A stretch of 44,242 bases of DNA from Candidatus Latescibacterota bacterium. Lineage in GTDB: Bacteria; Latescibacterota; UBA2968; GCA-2709665. How positions within the stretch are numbered: position 1 is the first letter of the stretch; each line of letters starts with the position of its first letter. The notes below the pieces were generated by a model that worked only from the letters and a program-made list of their open reading frames with translations, searched no databases and was not told where the DNA came from. The stretch lies in the NCBI GenBank assembly GCA_963662665.2, contig CAXXJS010000043.1:1-44242 (forward strand), read 5' to 3'. Position numbers and translations under genes: made by a program. This document shows, one piece after another, positions 1-8,741 of the stretch.

Positions 1-307
1 CCTGTTCGCTCGGGCTCTCGCGCCCGACGTCGGCCGCACGATCGTCGACGGAAACCGGTTCCGTGCCGGCGACGACGCGCATTGGGTCGAACAGCTCTAC
101 ATTCCGGCGATCCGCGCCGCGGGCGACCTCCGTACGGCCGGCGCTCTGATCGCGCCTGCCCCGTTATATGTACACAACACGGGGACGGATTTCCCAATTG
201 ACGAATTTCGCTCCGCTTACCGCGCCGCGGAAGCCTGCTCATCTCTTACGATCTCACGCCGGCGGGTCAACCGGAGGGCGTTGTACAATTGGCTCACGGA
301 TGCCTGA
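1..307 (+). CDS. 3' end of a probable alpha/beta-hydrolase (acetylxylan esterase-like) protein, partial
   Basis: Frame 2 is open from the window edge to TGA at 305-307 (LFARALAPDV...GDLRTAGALIAPAPLYVHNTG...LYNWLTDA*). The LIAPxPLxxHN segment resembles hydrolase C-termini. Not in the ORF track. Confidence 0.55.
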   Translation, partial: LFARALAPDVGRTIVDGNRFRAGDDAHWVEQLYIPAIRAAGDLRTAGALIAPAPLYVHNTGTDFPIDEFRSAYRAAEACSSLTISRRRVNRRALYNWLTDA

Positions 308-332
308 CCCCGCTTCTCGCCTGGATCAACCA

Positions 333-1643
333 ATGAAAATCGCCCATATTTCGGATTTTCATCTCCGCCATCATCTTCCCGGCACTTCCACGATATCCCG
401 TCGCCTGAGCCGTTATATGCCGGATCTCATATCACAGGCGGTGGAACGCATTCGCGTGGAATCTCCCGATCTTGTCGCGGTCACCGGCGACCTGGTCGAC
501 CATCCCTTTTACGGGATGCACGACCCGGAACTCATCGCCCTTGGGGAGAAGGATCTCCGTCTTGTCCGTGAATGCTTTGCGCCGCTGACCTGCCCCGTCG
601 CCTTTCTCTACGGCAACCACGACCATCCGGAATCTTTTCACAGAGTCTTCGGCGACCTGCCGTTGGACTTCCGCGCGGCGGGCCATCGCGTGCTGATCTT
701 CCTGGACGACGAAGTGGAAGACCACTTCCCACAGCGCCTGGGAACCCAGCGCGAACGGTTTCTGGCTGCACTGAACGACGACGACCCGCGCCCACAGGTC
801 CACCTCCAGCACTACCTCGTCTCGCCCGAGCGCACGGGCGGCTATCCCCACGCCTACAGGGAGGCCGGGAGCCTCAAGGCGGCCCTCTTGGCCGACAGCC
901 GGGTGCGCCTGGTGCTCAGCGGCCACTACCACAAGGGGGACAGCCTGTTCAGGGAAGGCCACGTCCACTTCGCCAACGCGCCCGCGTTCGGGGAGCCGCC
1001 GCACCCGTTTCGAATCTACACCCGGAGCGGGACCGGCGTCGTACAGAACGAATATCGATTGCGTTCGCCAGAGGCTCGAAAACGAAGCGCCGTCTTCCTG
1101 GACCGAGACGGAACCGTCAGCCCTGCTCCCGCCTACCGCACCGGTCCTGAGCACTTCAGCCTGTTGCCCGGAGCCGGGGAAGCGCTTGCAAAGTTGAAAC
1201 GCGCCGGGCACGCCCTCGTGATTGTCTCGAACCAGACCGCCGTCGGACAGGGATACGTCACCACCGAAACCGTCGGCGCCGTAAACGACCGCATGGCCGC
1301 GCTGTTCGGTGCTTCCGGCGTGGAACTGGACGGGGTCTACTGCCGGTACGGCAGTCCGAACGCCGTGCTGCCGGAACATCGTACAGATCGTCCGGAGACG
1401 AAGCCCAGTCCCGCGATGCTGCATGCCGCGGCCGAAGACCTCAATCTGGACCTTTCCGTGTCTTTCATGATTGGTGACAGAAAAAGCGACGTGGACGCCG
1501 GGCGCAACGCCGGCTGTCGCGCGTCCATCCTGGTGAGGACGGGTTCCGGTCCCACGGCGCTGGCGAAGATGTCTCCCGGGCACGCGGATTTTGTTGCTGA
1601 CGACCTCAGCGCCGCCGCGGACTGGATTCTGGAGCACGGATGA
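333..1643 (+). CDS. Calcineurin-like metallophosphoesterase fused to HAD-IIIA GmhB/HisB-like phosphatase
   Basis: N-half motifs SDFH, TGDLVD, GNHD, GHYH. C-half motifs FLDRDGT, SNQ, KPSP, IGDRKSD. Start moved to ATG 333 (MKIAHISD) because the upstream CDS ends at 307. Confidence 0.85.
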   Translation: MKIAHISDFHLRHHLPGTSTISRRLSRYMPDLISQAVERIRVESPDLVAVTGDLVDHPFYGMHDPELIALGEKDLRLVRECFAPLTCPVAFLYGNHDHPESFHRVFGDLPLDFRAAGHRVLIFLDDEVEDHFPQRLGTQRERFLAALNDDDPRPQVHLQHYLVSPERTGGYPHAYREAGSLKAALLADSRVRLVLSGHYHKGDSLFREGHVHFANAPAFGEPPHPFRIYTRSGTGVVQNEYRLRSPEARKRSAVFLDRDGTVSPAPAYRTGPEHFSLLPGAGEALAKLKRAGHALVIVSNQTAVGQGYVTTETVGAVNDRMAALFGASGVELDGVYCRYGSPNAVLPEHRTDRPETKPSPAMLHAAAEDLNLDLSVSFMIGDRKSDVDAGRNAGCRASILVRTGSGPTALAKMSPGHADFVADDLSAAADWILEHG

Positions 1644-2266
1644 TGGCAAGACCGTCCTTTCGATCCGTTCTGATGATCCTGATTACGGTGGCGCTCGCGG
1701 CCTCGGTATTCGGCGTTGTCCTCAATGGGTATTCGAAGGATCTGGACGTCCTTCTGGGCTCTCAGCCTGCCAACCTCGCAGCCACCGATCTACCCCCTGT
1801 CCTGCTGAGGGTCGCAGACTCTTTGTCGACTGCGGATCTTGCCCGCCTGCTTGCCGAACAACTCGCTCGCCCGGGCAGTGCCAATCCCTCAGGTTGGCTG
1901 AGGCGGACCTGTTACCCGTTCCTGATCACCCTCAAATACGAAAAAGAAAGCCTGCTGGCTTTCTTTTTCAACCGGACGCCCTTCCCTTTTCCTCGACGAA
2001 CCCCCGTGCCGGGTTTCGAAGACGCCGGTCGCGCTTACTTCGGCGTACCGCCGGATCGGCTGACCGCGGGCGAAGCGATCCTGCTGTTCCAAATCGCCCG
2101 CTTTCCCGATTCGCCGTTACCCGTAAGTGACCCGGAAGGTTCATTGGAACTTCGGAACCGCCTCCTGCTGGACCTCCTGAACGACAAGCTGATTACACCG
2201 CGCCGGTATCGCTCCGAATCCAGCCGCCCGCTCATCCTGTCCGGCAGCCATCCGGCCGTGTGGTGA
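1640..2266 (+). CDS. Membrane-anchored transglycosylase (GT51)-like protein, degenerate
   Basis: N-terminal TM helix. KESLLAFFFNRTPF...GFEDAGRAYFG...LTAGEAILL resembles GT51 motifs 4-5. Overlaps the previous stop codon. Confidence 0.65.
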   Translation: MMARPSFRSVLMILITVALAASVFGVVLNGYSKDLDVLLGSQPANLAATDLPPVLLRVADSLSTADLARLLAEQLARPGSANPSGWLRRTCYPFLITLKYEKESLLAFFFNRTPFPFPRRTPVPGFEDAGRAYFGVPPDRLTAGEAILLFQIARFPDSPLPVSDPEGSLELRNRLLLDLLNDKLITPRRYRSESSRPLILSGSHPAVW

Positions 2267-2289
2267 AGCGTCTGCGCGCTTGCGGAATG

Positions 2290-2445
2290 TGGGTGCGACC
2301 AGGGGAACATCGCCGGGACATATAATTCGGGCCTCTATCCGAATTTCCGCCGGCCGGGAGGGTTTGGCAAGCGGAGTACGCGACAGAGGCCCGCGTCCTG
2401 GTTCATCTCACATATTATCCGATTTGATATTGCGAGTCAAGCCCC
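2290..2445 (-). ncRNA. Candidate promoter-driven structured small RNA, copy 1
   Basis: Minus-strand TTGACT(2440-2435)-17 bp-TAATAT(2417-2412). 12-bp stem 2393-2382/2339-2328 with a CCCUCCC loop region. Second hairpin 2313-2295 with a UCCCC loop. Paralog at 6893-7044. Confidence 0.55.
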
Positions 2446-2685
2446 AATCGTTCGGCAGGTGATACCTCGCACTCAGTATTCCGAAAACACAACGACGGCG
2501 CCATTTAAGAAAAAATACCGCAGTCTTGCTGATATTTCGCGTATATTATTGCGAAATTGATGAATTCGCGACTCTTCCGGCCCTGCGCAGCCCCTGGGTT
2601 GCGGACGGATCGCGTCTTGAATTTTTCACCGCGGTCGATCAATGTGGTGGTGTCTTCCATAATGGCAACTGTAAAGGAGTTCGGT

Positions 2686-5600
2686 ATGGCTAACGAAGTC
2701 TTCGACAAGAAAAAGCCTTTGTCGATGCTGGCGCTCATTGCGCTGCTTTTCGGCTTTCCGGTGTCCGGCACGGCTGTAGACGATATGCAGGAGGACTACC
2801 GGAAATGGCACCTGCCCGACGGTGCGACCGGGCGCCTGGGAAGGGGGGCAATCGGGTCCGGAGCCCGTGCGCTGGACGTTTCTCCAGACGGGCAGACGCT
2901 GGCCGTGGCCAGCGGCATCGGCGTGTGGCTGTATGACGGGTCCACGGCCAGCACCCTGGCGCTTTTGCCGAGTTCCGGTCGGGTAAACTCGGTGTCGTTT
3001 TCGCCGGATGGCGGCACGCTGGCAACCGTGTCAGAGGATGGCGCGGTATTACTTTGGAACGTGGCGACGCGATCAGAGGCGGCCACATTTGAAGGTCAAG
3101 CGGAGAAACTCACTTCGGCCGTGTTTTTGCCTGAGGGTGACGAACTGGTCGCCACGTCAGACGACGGCACCGTTTCATTGTGGGACGTGGCTTCGCAATC
3201 CCTGACAGCCACCTTCGTCGGTCATACCGATCCTGTCACTTCCGTCGCGTTTTCGCCGGATGGCGGCACGCTGGCCACCGCGTCGGAGGATGGCGCCGTG
3301 TTGCTGTGGGACGTGAGCGCGCGAACGCAGGCCGGCACGCTCGAAGGGCTCGCCGATGACGTCACCTCGCTATCGTTTTCGCAAGACGGTGGCACGCTGG
3401 CCACCGTGTCGGGGGATAGCACGGTGTTGCTTTGGGACGTCGCCTCGCCGACGGAGGCAGATACCCTTAAGGGTGATACGGGAAGAATTACTCTGGTAGC
3501 ATTTTCGCCGGATGCGGACACGCTGCTCACAGCGTCGGATGACGGCAACGTGTTGCTGTGGAACGTTAACAGGCGATGGGTGGTCGACACCCTCGAAGGG
3601 CATACGGGTCGCGTCACATCGGTGGTGTTTTCGAATGACGGCGGCACGCTGGCCACCGCGTCAAAGGATGGCACGGTAAGGTTCTGGGACGTAGAGACAG
3701 GGTATTTCGTCGCATTTGGCGGTCATAAATCCGCTGTCAATTCGGTCGTGTTTTCGTCGGACAGTGACACGTTGATTTCCGGATCTGCGGGTGGCGCGGT
3801 AATCCTGTGGGACGCAGGTGCAGGAATACAGATAGATACCTTCCTGGGGCATGGTGGAAGCGTCACGTCAATGGTTTTTTCGCCCGACGCGGACACGCTG
3901 GCTACCGCGTCGGCGGATAGCACGGTGCTGCTGTGGGACGTGGCCTCGCGATCGGAGGTTGTCGCTCTTGAAGGCCACGCGGGCGGTGTGACTTCGGTGG
4001 TATTTTCGCCGGAAGGGGACGCGCTGGCATCCGGTTCGGAGGATGGGACGGTGCTGCTGTGGGAGATTGCCACACGATCAGGGGTCGCCACCTTCGAAGG
4101 GCATCGAGAGAGTGTCAACACGGTCGCGTTTTCGCCGGACGGGAGAACGGTGGCCACCGGGTCGAGCGACTACACGATCAAGCTGTGGGACGTTGCATCA
4201 CATTCACAGGTAGCCACCCTGCAAGGGCATTCGGATCGTATCGTATCTGTGGCGTTTTCACAGGACGGCAGCAGGCTGGCCTCAGGTTCACATGACAACA
4301 CCGTCAAGGTGTGGGACGTGGCAGCACGAACCGAGGTCGCTACGCTGACGGGGCATACCGCCAATGTCAATTCCGTCGTGTTTTCGCCTGATTGGGGCAC
4401 GATGGCCTCGGGGTCGGAGGATGGTACGGTGCTGCTGTGGGATCTGTCGGAGTGGCCGGGACTCCGGCCATTCTCGCTGGAGGTTGTCTCGGGAGACGGA
4501 CAGGAGGCTGCGACCGGTGGAATCCTTGCAGATTCCCTTGTCGTTGCAGTGAGAGATCAGAACGGCGAACCCTTGCCCGATGTCCCTGTCGCATTCACGG
4601 TCTCCGCCGGCCAGGGTATGCTCAGCGGCCGGTTCACAGTCCAGCATACACGTACTGGCGCCGACGGCCGAGCGGCCGTCACCCTGACGCTGGGTAACCG
4701 TGCGGGAACGAACATCGTGCTGGTAACGCTCGGCGGTCGAGAGTTGGCTGCCTTTAGCGCGGAAGGAGTGGGAAGCTCCGTGGTCGCGATGGATGGGGAC
4801 TTCCGGAAGTGGCACCTGCCCTGGCGGGCGACGGCGCGCCTTGGCAAAGGCGCCATTTCACGGAGCGACCGCGCGGTGGCTACGTCTCCTGATGGTCGAT
4901 CAGTGGCGGTCGCCAGCGGAATCGGTGTGTGGCTTTATGACGCGAGTGCCGCCCGCGCCACCGCTCTCCTGCCGTCCGACGGTCATGTCCTGACATTGGC
5001 ATTCTCAGGTCGTGGCAACCTGGCCGTGGGGAGGTACGATGGACAGATCGAACTCTGGAACGTCGCATCAGGCGCGCGAGTCGCCACCCTCGCAGGGCAT
5101 GCGGATGGGGTGAATTCTGTTGTGTTCTCGTCCGACGGGACCACGCTGGCCTCCGGGTCTGACGATGGGACGGTCCGGCTATGGGACCTGGACTTGCGGA
5201 CAGAAATCGCCATACTGCAGCGGCAAGGGTTCGGGGTCGCTTCGGTGGCGTTTTCTCCTGACGGCACCCTGCTGGCATCCGGATCGAGCGACAATAGAAT
5301 CAAGCTATGGGACGTGGCCTCGCGAACCGGGGTCGCTACCTTTGAAGGTCATGCGGATGGCATCACTTCCGTGTTGTTTTCTCCGGATGGGGGTACACTG
5401 GCCTCGGGATCGGGCGATCGTTCGGTGAGACTGTGGGACGTGGCCGCGCGAACCGAGGTCGTCACGCTCGAAGGGCATGGCGGTCCGGTCACCTCAGTGT
5501 CGTTTTCGTCTGACGGCGCCACGCTGGCCTCCGGGTCGGCCGACGGCAAGGTCAAGCTATGGGACATCCCCACGCGAGAACTGATCAACACACTGGAAAG

Positions 5601-6792
5601 GCATACGCACAGGGTCAATTCGGTATCGTTCTCACGGAATGCGTCCATTCTTGCGTCCGGGTCGGAGGACGGCACCGTCATCGTCCGGGACCTGGAGACG
5701 GGGAACGCGGCAACGGTTTACGGGCACCGGTCCTTAACGTCAATGGCGCGTTCGCCCGATGGCGCCACACTGGCCTCCGGGTCGCTGGATAACAGCGTGA
5801 GGCTGTGGGACGTGGCCGCACGAACCGAGGTCGCCGTTCTGGAAGGGCACAGGGATTGGGTGCGCTCGGTGTCGTTTTCGCCCGACGGCGCGACACTGGC
5901 GTCCGGGTCGAGCGACCACACCGTCAGGCTTTGGGACGTGGCGACGCGATCCGAGGTTGCGACCCTCGACGCGCGCAGTTGGGTCTATTCGGTGGCGTTC
6001 TCGCGGGATGGGGGCACCCTGGCCGCCGGGTTGCGGCATGGCACGGCGACGGTTTGGAACATCGCGACGCTCGCCGAGGTTGCCATTCTCGAAGGACATG
6101 AACACACGGGCGGGGTCGCCTCAGTGGTGTTTCTCCCGGATGGGAGCACGCTGGCCACAGGATCCAGCGACCGCACCGTGAAGCTGTGGGACGTGGCGGC
6201 GCGAACGGAGGTTGCCACGCTTGAAGGGCACGATGGATGGGTCTATTCGTTGGCATTGTCGGAGGATGGGAGCATTCTGGCTTCCGGGTCTGAGGACGGC
6301 ACGGTCCGGATTTGGGACGTAGCCACCAGGACGGAGACCGCCAGGCTCGAAGGGCATACCGGCTGGGTGTATTCGGTGGCGTTCTCCGAGGATGGGAGTA
6401 CACTGGCCTCCGGGTCTCAGGACGGTACGGTCCGGATATGGGACGTGGCCGCGCGAACAGAAACCGCCAAACTCGAAGGGCATACCGGCTGGGTGTATTC
6501 AGTGGTGTTTCTGGAGGATGGGACCACGCTGGTTTCCGGATCGAGGGATGGCTCTATGCTGATATGGGATCTCTCCGATGACGTTCCGCCGCCTCCGGTT
6601 CCACCGCAAACTCCCAGCGCGGACTTCAACGATGACGGGGCCGTCAACTTCGCTGACTTTGTGCTGTTTGCGCGGCAATTCGGATTGCGGGAAGGCGATG
6701 CCGGATATGACGCAAAGTTTGACCTGAATGAGGATGGCGCCATCGGCTTCGGCGACTTTGTGCTGTTCGCAAACGCCTTCGGGCAGATTTGA
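2686..6792 (+). CDS. Secreted WD40-repeat protein: two WD40 modules, central Ig-like (Big_1-like) domain, C-terminal dockerin/EF-hand-like domain
   Basis: AAGGAG RBS before ATG 2686. Signal-peptide-like N-terminus. Many GH...V.SV.FS.DG..LASGS.D.TV.LWD repeats. SGDGQ...LVVAVRDQNG Ig motif. ADFNDDGAVNFADF...FDLNEDGAIGFGDF tail. Confidence 0.9.
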   Translation: MANEVFDKKKPLSMLALIALLFGFPVSGTAVDDMQEDYRKWHLPDGATGRLGRGAIGSGARALDVSPDGQTLAVASGIGVWLYDGSTASTLALLPSSGRVNSVSFSPDGGTLATVSEDGAVLLWNVATRSEAATFEGQAEKLTSAVFLPEGDELVATSDDGTVSLWDVASQSLTATFVGHTDPVTSVAFSPDGGTLATASEDGAVLLWDVSARTQAGTLEGLADDVTSLSFSQDGGTLATVSGDSTVLLWDVASPTEADTLKGDTGRITLVAFSPDADTLLTASDDGNVLLWNVNRRWVVDTLEGHTGRVTSVVFSNDGGTLATASKDGTVRFWDVETGYFVAFGGHKSAVNSVVFSSDSDTLISGSAGGAVILWDAGAGIQIDTFLGHGGSVTSMVFSPDADTLATASADSTVLLWDVASRSEVVALEGHAGGVTSVVFSPEGDALASGSEDGTVLLWEIATRSGVATFEGHRESVNTVAFSPDGRTVATGSSDYTIKLWDVASHSQVATLQGHSDRIVSVAFSQDGSRLASGSHDNTVKVWDVAARTEVATLTGHTANVNSVVFSPDWGTMASGSEDGTVLLWDLSEWPGLRPFSLEVVSGDGQEAATGGILADSLVVAVRDQNGEPLPDVPVAFTVSAGQGMLSGRFTVQHTRTGADGRAAVTLTLGNRAGTNIVLVTLGGRELAAFSAEGVGSSVVAMDGDFRKWHLPWRATARLGKGAISRSDRAVATSPDGRSVAVASGIGVWLYDASAARATALLPSDGHVLTLAFSGRGNLAVGRYDGQIELWNVASGARVATLAGHADGVNSVVFSSDGTTLASGSDDGTVRLWDLDLRTEIAILQRQGFGVASVAFSPDGTLLASGSSDNRIKLWDVASRTGVATFEGHADGITSVLFSPDGGTLASGSGDRSVRLWDVAARTEVVTLEGHGGPVTSVSFSSDGATLASGSADGKVKLWDIPTRELINTLERHTHRVNSVSFSRNASILASGSEDGTVIVRDLETGNAATVYGHRSLTSMARSPDGATLASGSLDNSVRLWDVAARTEVAVLEGHRDWVRSVSFSPDGATLASGSSDHTVRLWDVATRSEVATLDARSWVYSVAFSRDGGTLAAGLRHGTATVWNIATLAEVAILEGHEHTGGVASVVFLPDGSTLATGSSDRTVKLWDVAARTEVATLEGHDGWVYSLALSEDGSILASGSEDGTVRIWDVATRTETARLEGHTGWVYSVAFSEDGSTLASGSQDGTVRIWDVAARTETAKLEGHTGWVYSVVFLEDGTTLVSGSRDGSMLIWDLSDDVPPPPVPPQTPSADFNDDGAVNFADFVLFARQFGLREGDAGYDAKFDLNEDGAIGFGDFVLFANAFGQI

Positions 6793-6892
6793 ACCGCCGA
6801 TGCAGCGCAGGCCGGTATTGGTCAATCCGGGCATCCTTCCGGGATTTGACGTCGTGGTGAGCGCCGGCAACGCCGGCGTTGAGGAACCCTAT

Positions 6893-7044
6893 GCGCGCGA
6901 CTGCGGGGAGGTCGTGCGGGTCATATGATTCGGGCCTCTATCCGTAACTCCGGCCGCCGGGGGGACGGCAGACAGAGCGCAAGACAGAGGCCCGCGTCCT
7001 GATTCATACAATGTTATCCGATTTCCGGCACAAAGTCAAGACCC
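6893..7044 (-). ncRNA. Candidate promoter-driven structured small RNA, copy 2
   Basis: Minus-strand TTGACT(7039-7034)-17 bp-TAACAT(7016-7011). Same 12-bp stem 6994-6983/6942-6931 with a UCCCCC loop. Second hairpin 6914-6898 with a UCCCC loop. Confidence 0.55.
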
Positions 7045-7111
7045 GGTGATCGAAACCTGCAATTCTTCAGCATCCGGCAGTCCCGCGCGACAACCGCTGC
7101 CGCAGGCGGGA

Positions 7112-7861
7112 CTACGGAATCAACTCGATTCGGACCACGTTCTTGACGTTCGCGCATTTGTCGTCGGTTTCAGGAATGAACAGCCGTATCGGGCCGCCGA
7201 GTCTTTCCGGTAGCGGATGGTCGCCGATGCGGTAGACGAGGACGCCATTTTCGACTGCCGCGGCGAGGGAGACCCGGGCAAAAAACCCTTCGTCGGGCGA
7301 ATGAAATACGGCCTGGCGCGCATCGGCGTGCACTGCCGCGCCCCTCAGAAGATCGGCGACTGATACCGCCGATCCGCGGCGCCCGGGAACGATGTGCCCG
7401 ATGTCCTCGATCTGTCCGGGAACCCGCCGCAGGTCCGCGTACGTGAAGGCCATCGGTCTGTGTAGACATCCCGCAATCGTCAACAACGGCGCGGTCTCGT
7501 CACTGTCCATCCCCGAAGCCGTCTGGTCGATGTAATCGTGTGCGATTTCGACCAGACGCGCGTCGAAGCCGACAGTCGGCGCGACGTGGATTTCCAAATC
7601 GGCATGGCCCTTGTCAAACCTGCCCACGCGCTGTCGGACACGATGCAGAACCCGTTCGTCCTCACGAAACAGGAACGGCAGGACCGCGATCTGCTTCGCT
7701 CCGTGTTTGACACACGCCGCCAGAGCGTCTTCGACAGAGGGACGGCCATCCAGAGCGCCCGCTTCAGCCACAATTCCCCGGTGCACAAGCGCATCCACTA
7801 CCTGTGTCAGGCAGTTGTCATCCGCGCGCGCCGCGACGAGTACCGTGGCGTGGGTCATCAT
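7112..7861 (-). CDS. CbiX/SirB-like chelatase-fold domain fused to a molybdopterin-oxidoreductase-like domain
   Basis: GGAGG RBS before ATG 7861. PSVEDAL...GAKQIAVLPFLF...HVAPTVG (CbiX-like). LPERLGGPIRLFIP...NVKNVVRIEL (sulfite oxidase/YedY-like). Confidence 0.7.
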   Translation of the reverse strand: MMTHATVLVAARADDNCLTQVVDALVHRGIVAEAGALDGRPSVEDALAACVKHGAKQIAVLPFLFREDERVLHRVRQRVGRFDKGHADLEIHVAPTVGFDARLVEIAHDYIDQTASGMDSDETAPLLTIAGCLHRPMAFTYADLRRVPGQIEDIGHIVPGRRGSAVSVADLLRGAAVHADARQAVFHSPDEGFFARVSLAAAVENGVLVYRIGDHPLPERLGGPIRLFIPETDDKCANVKNVVRIELIP

Positions 7862-7960
7862 TTCGCCTCCATCCGGCGACGGAACATTCGTTAGACGTTC
7901 GAGTGGTCTTTGGCGCGGGTCGTTCGAAACCCGTGCTTCATCAGCGGTGGGTTCCTGATT

Positions 7961-8095
7961 ATGCCCAATTTTGTCGATCTTCCGATTCTCATCCAGGTGA
8001 TTCTGCTGATTTTCGCGGTACTGATACTCCTGGTTGGCGCCAGCCTGGTCCGGCGGATGGTGAAAGCCCTTTTCGGCAAGAAAGACCGCGACTGA
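7961..8095 (+). CDS. 44-aa single-pass membrane protein
   Basis: MPNFVDLPILIQVILLIFAVLILLVGASLVRRMVKALFGKKDRD: one strong hydrophobic helix plus a basic tail. Divergent from the CbiX-like gene. Confidence 0.55.
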   Translation: MPNFVDLPILIQVILLIFAVLILLVGASLVRRMVKALFGKKDRD

Positions 8096-8213
8096 CCCGC
8101 CCGTCACGAAGACCTTCCCGAAATCAAGTTTGAATAGCAGACTACGGCGGCAAGTTTCGTTTTACCCAAGACCCCCTTTGGTGAGTTGTCGCAGTCGATT
8201 GAGTCCATCCCGA

Positions 8214-8237
8214 TATACACACACAAGTGTGTGTATA
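8214..8237. promoter_or_regulatory. Perfect 11-bp inverted repeat, operator-like
   Basis: TATACACACAC-AA-GTGTGTGTATA. Confidence 0.4.
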
Positions 8238-8294
8238 AAATTCCAATCCCTCGATTTCGCGCCGGTATTTCCAAGTGTACGCCCCGATCTCCCG

Positions 8295-8576
8295 CTATTC
8301 CTCCGGTCGACTCGAAGTCCCTTTTAACTGGCTTCGCGCATAGGAGAGGGCCATGACTTCAAGGGCGTTGATGAGGTAGACTTCGCGCGCGTGGCCGTCT
8401 AGGGCTTCGGCCATCTGTTTCGCAAGCGCGGGGATCTCGGCCTCCAGGTCGGCTCTCATTGCGTCCCAGCCGGACAGGCGGCCGTGTTTTTCGAGGCAGG
8501 ATTCCCGCGCGGCGCGGTAGATTGCCCTCGCGAGCGTCCGCGGATCTCCGTCGAGCTGGATCTGAGCGTCATCCAT
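8295..8576 (-). CDS. Hypothetical protein (93 aa)
   Basis: Protein-like helical composition with GC-typical codons; fills the intergenic gap. Confidence 0.55.
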   Translation of the reverse strand: MDDAQIQLDGDPRTLARAIYRAARESCLEKHGRLSGWDAMRADLEAEIPALAKQMAEALDGHAREVYLINALEVMALSYARSQLKGTSSRPEE

Positions 8577-8600
8577 TGGGATCTCGTGTTATTGCCGGAA

Positions 8601-8741
8601 GCAGGGGCAGGTTTCAAACCTGCACCGACGATTGGTGTAATGGAACCATCCAGGATTCGGCGGCGAGTTGCGATGTTCTCGGACACAGCAAAATCCCGTT
8701 TCGGTATTATGTACATGAGCAGACAGGAATGTCCGCTCCAC
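8601..8741. repeat. Two REP-like palindromes
   Basis: GCAGGTTT-C-AAACCTGC (8607-8623) in a GCAGGGGCAGG context, and GAGCAGACA-GGAA-TGTCCGCTC (8717-8738). Confidence 0.55.

Noticed and set aside
168-332. Upstream start for the phosphoesterase ORF
   Set aside because: It overlaps the partial CDS ending at 307, and the family motif begins at ATG 333.
432-1649. 405-aa minus-strand ORF, and similar shadows at 8459-9496, 13765-14772 and 23062-24021
   Set aside because: They overlap well-supported genes on the opposite strand and lack recognisable domains.
2860-6570. Periodic 126-bp repeats as a CRISPR array or DGR template/variable pair
   Set aside because: They are in-frame coding WD40 repeats. 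No spacers, reverse transcriptase or adenine-specific mismatch pattern was seen.
7862-8107. N-terminal extension of the 7112..8107 ORF
   Set aside because: A GGAGG RBS supports the start at 7861, and the extension is the reverse complement of the small membrane ORF.
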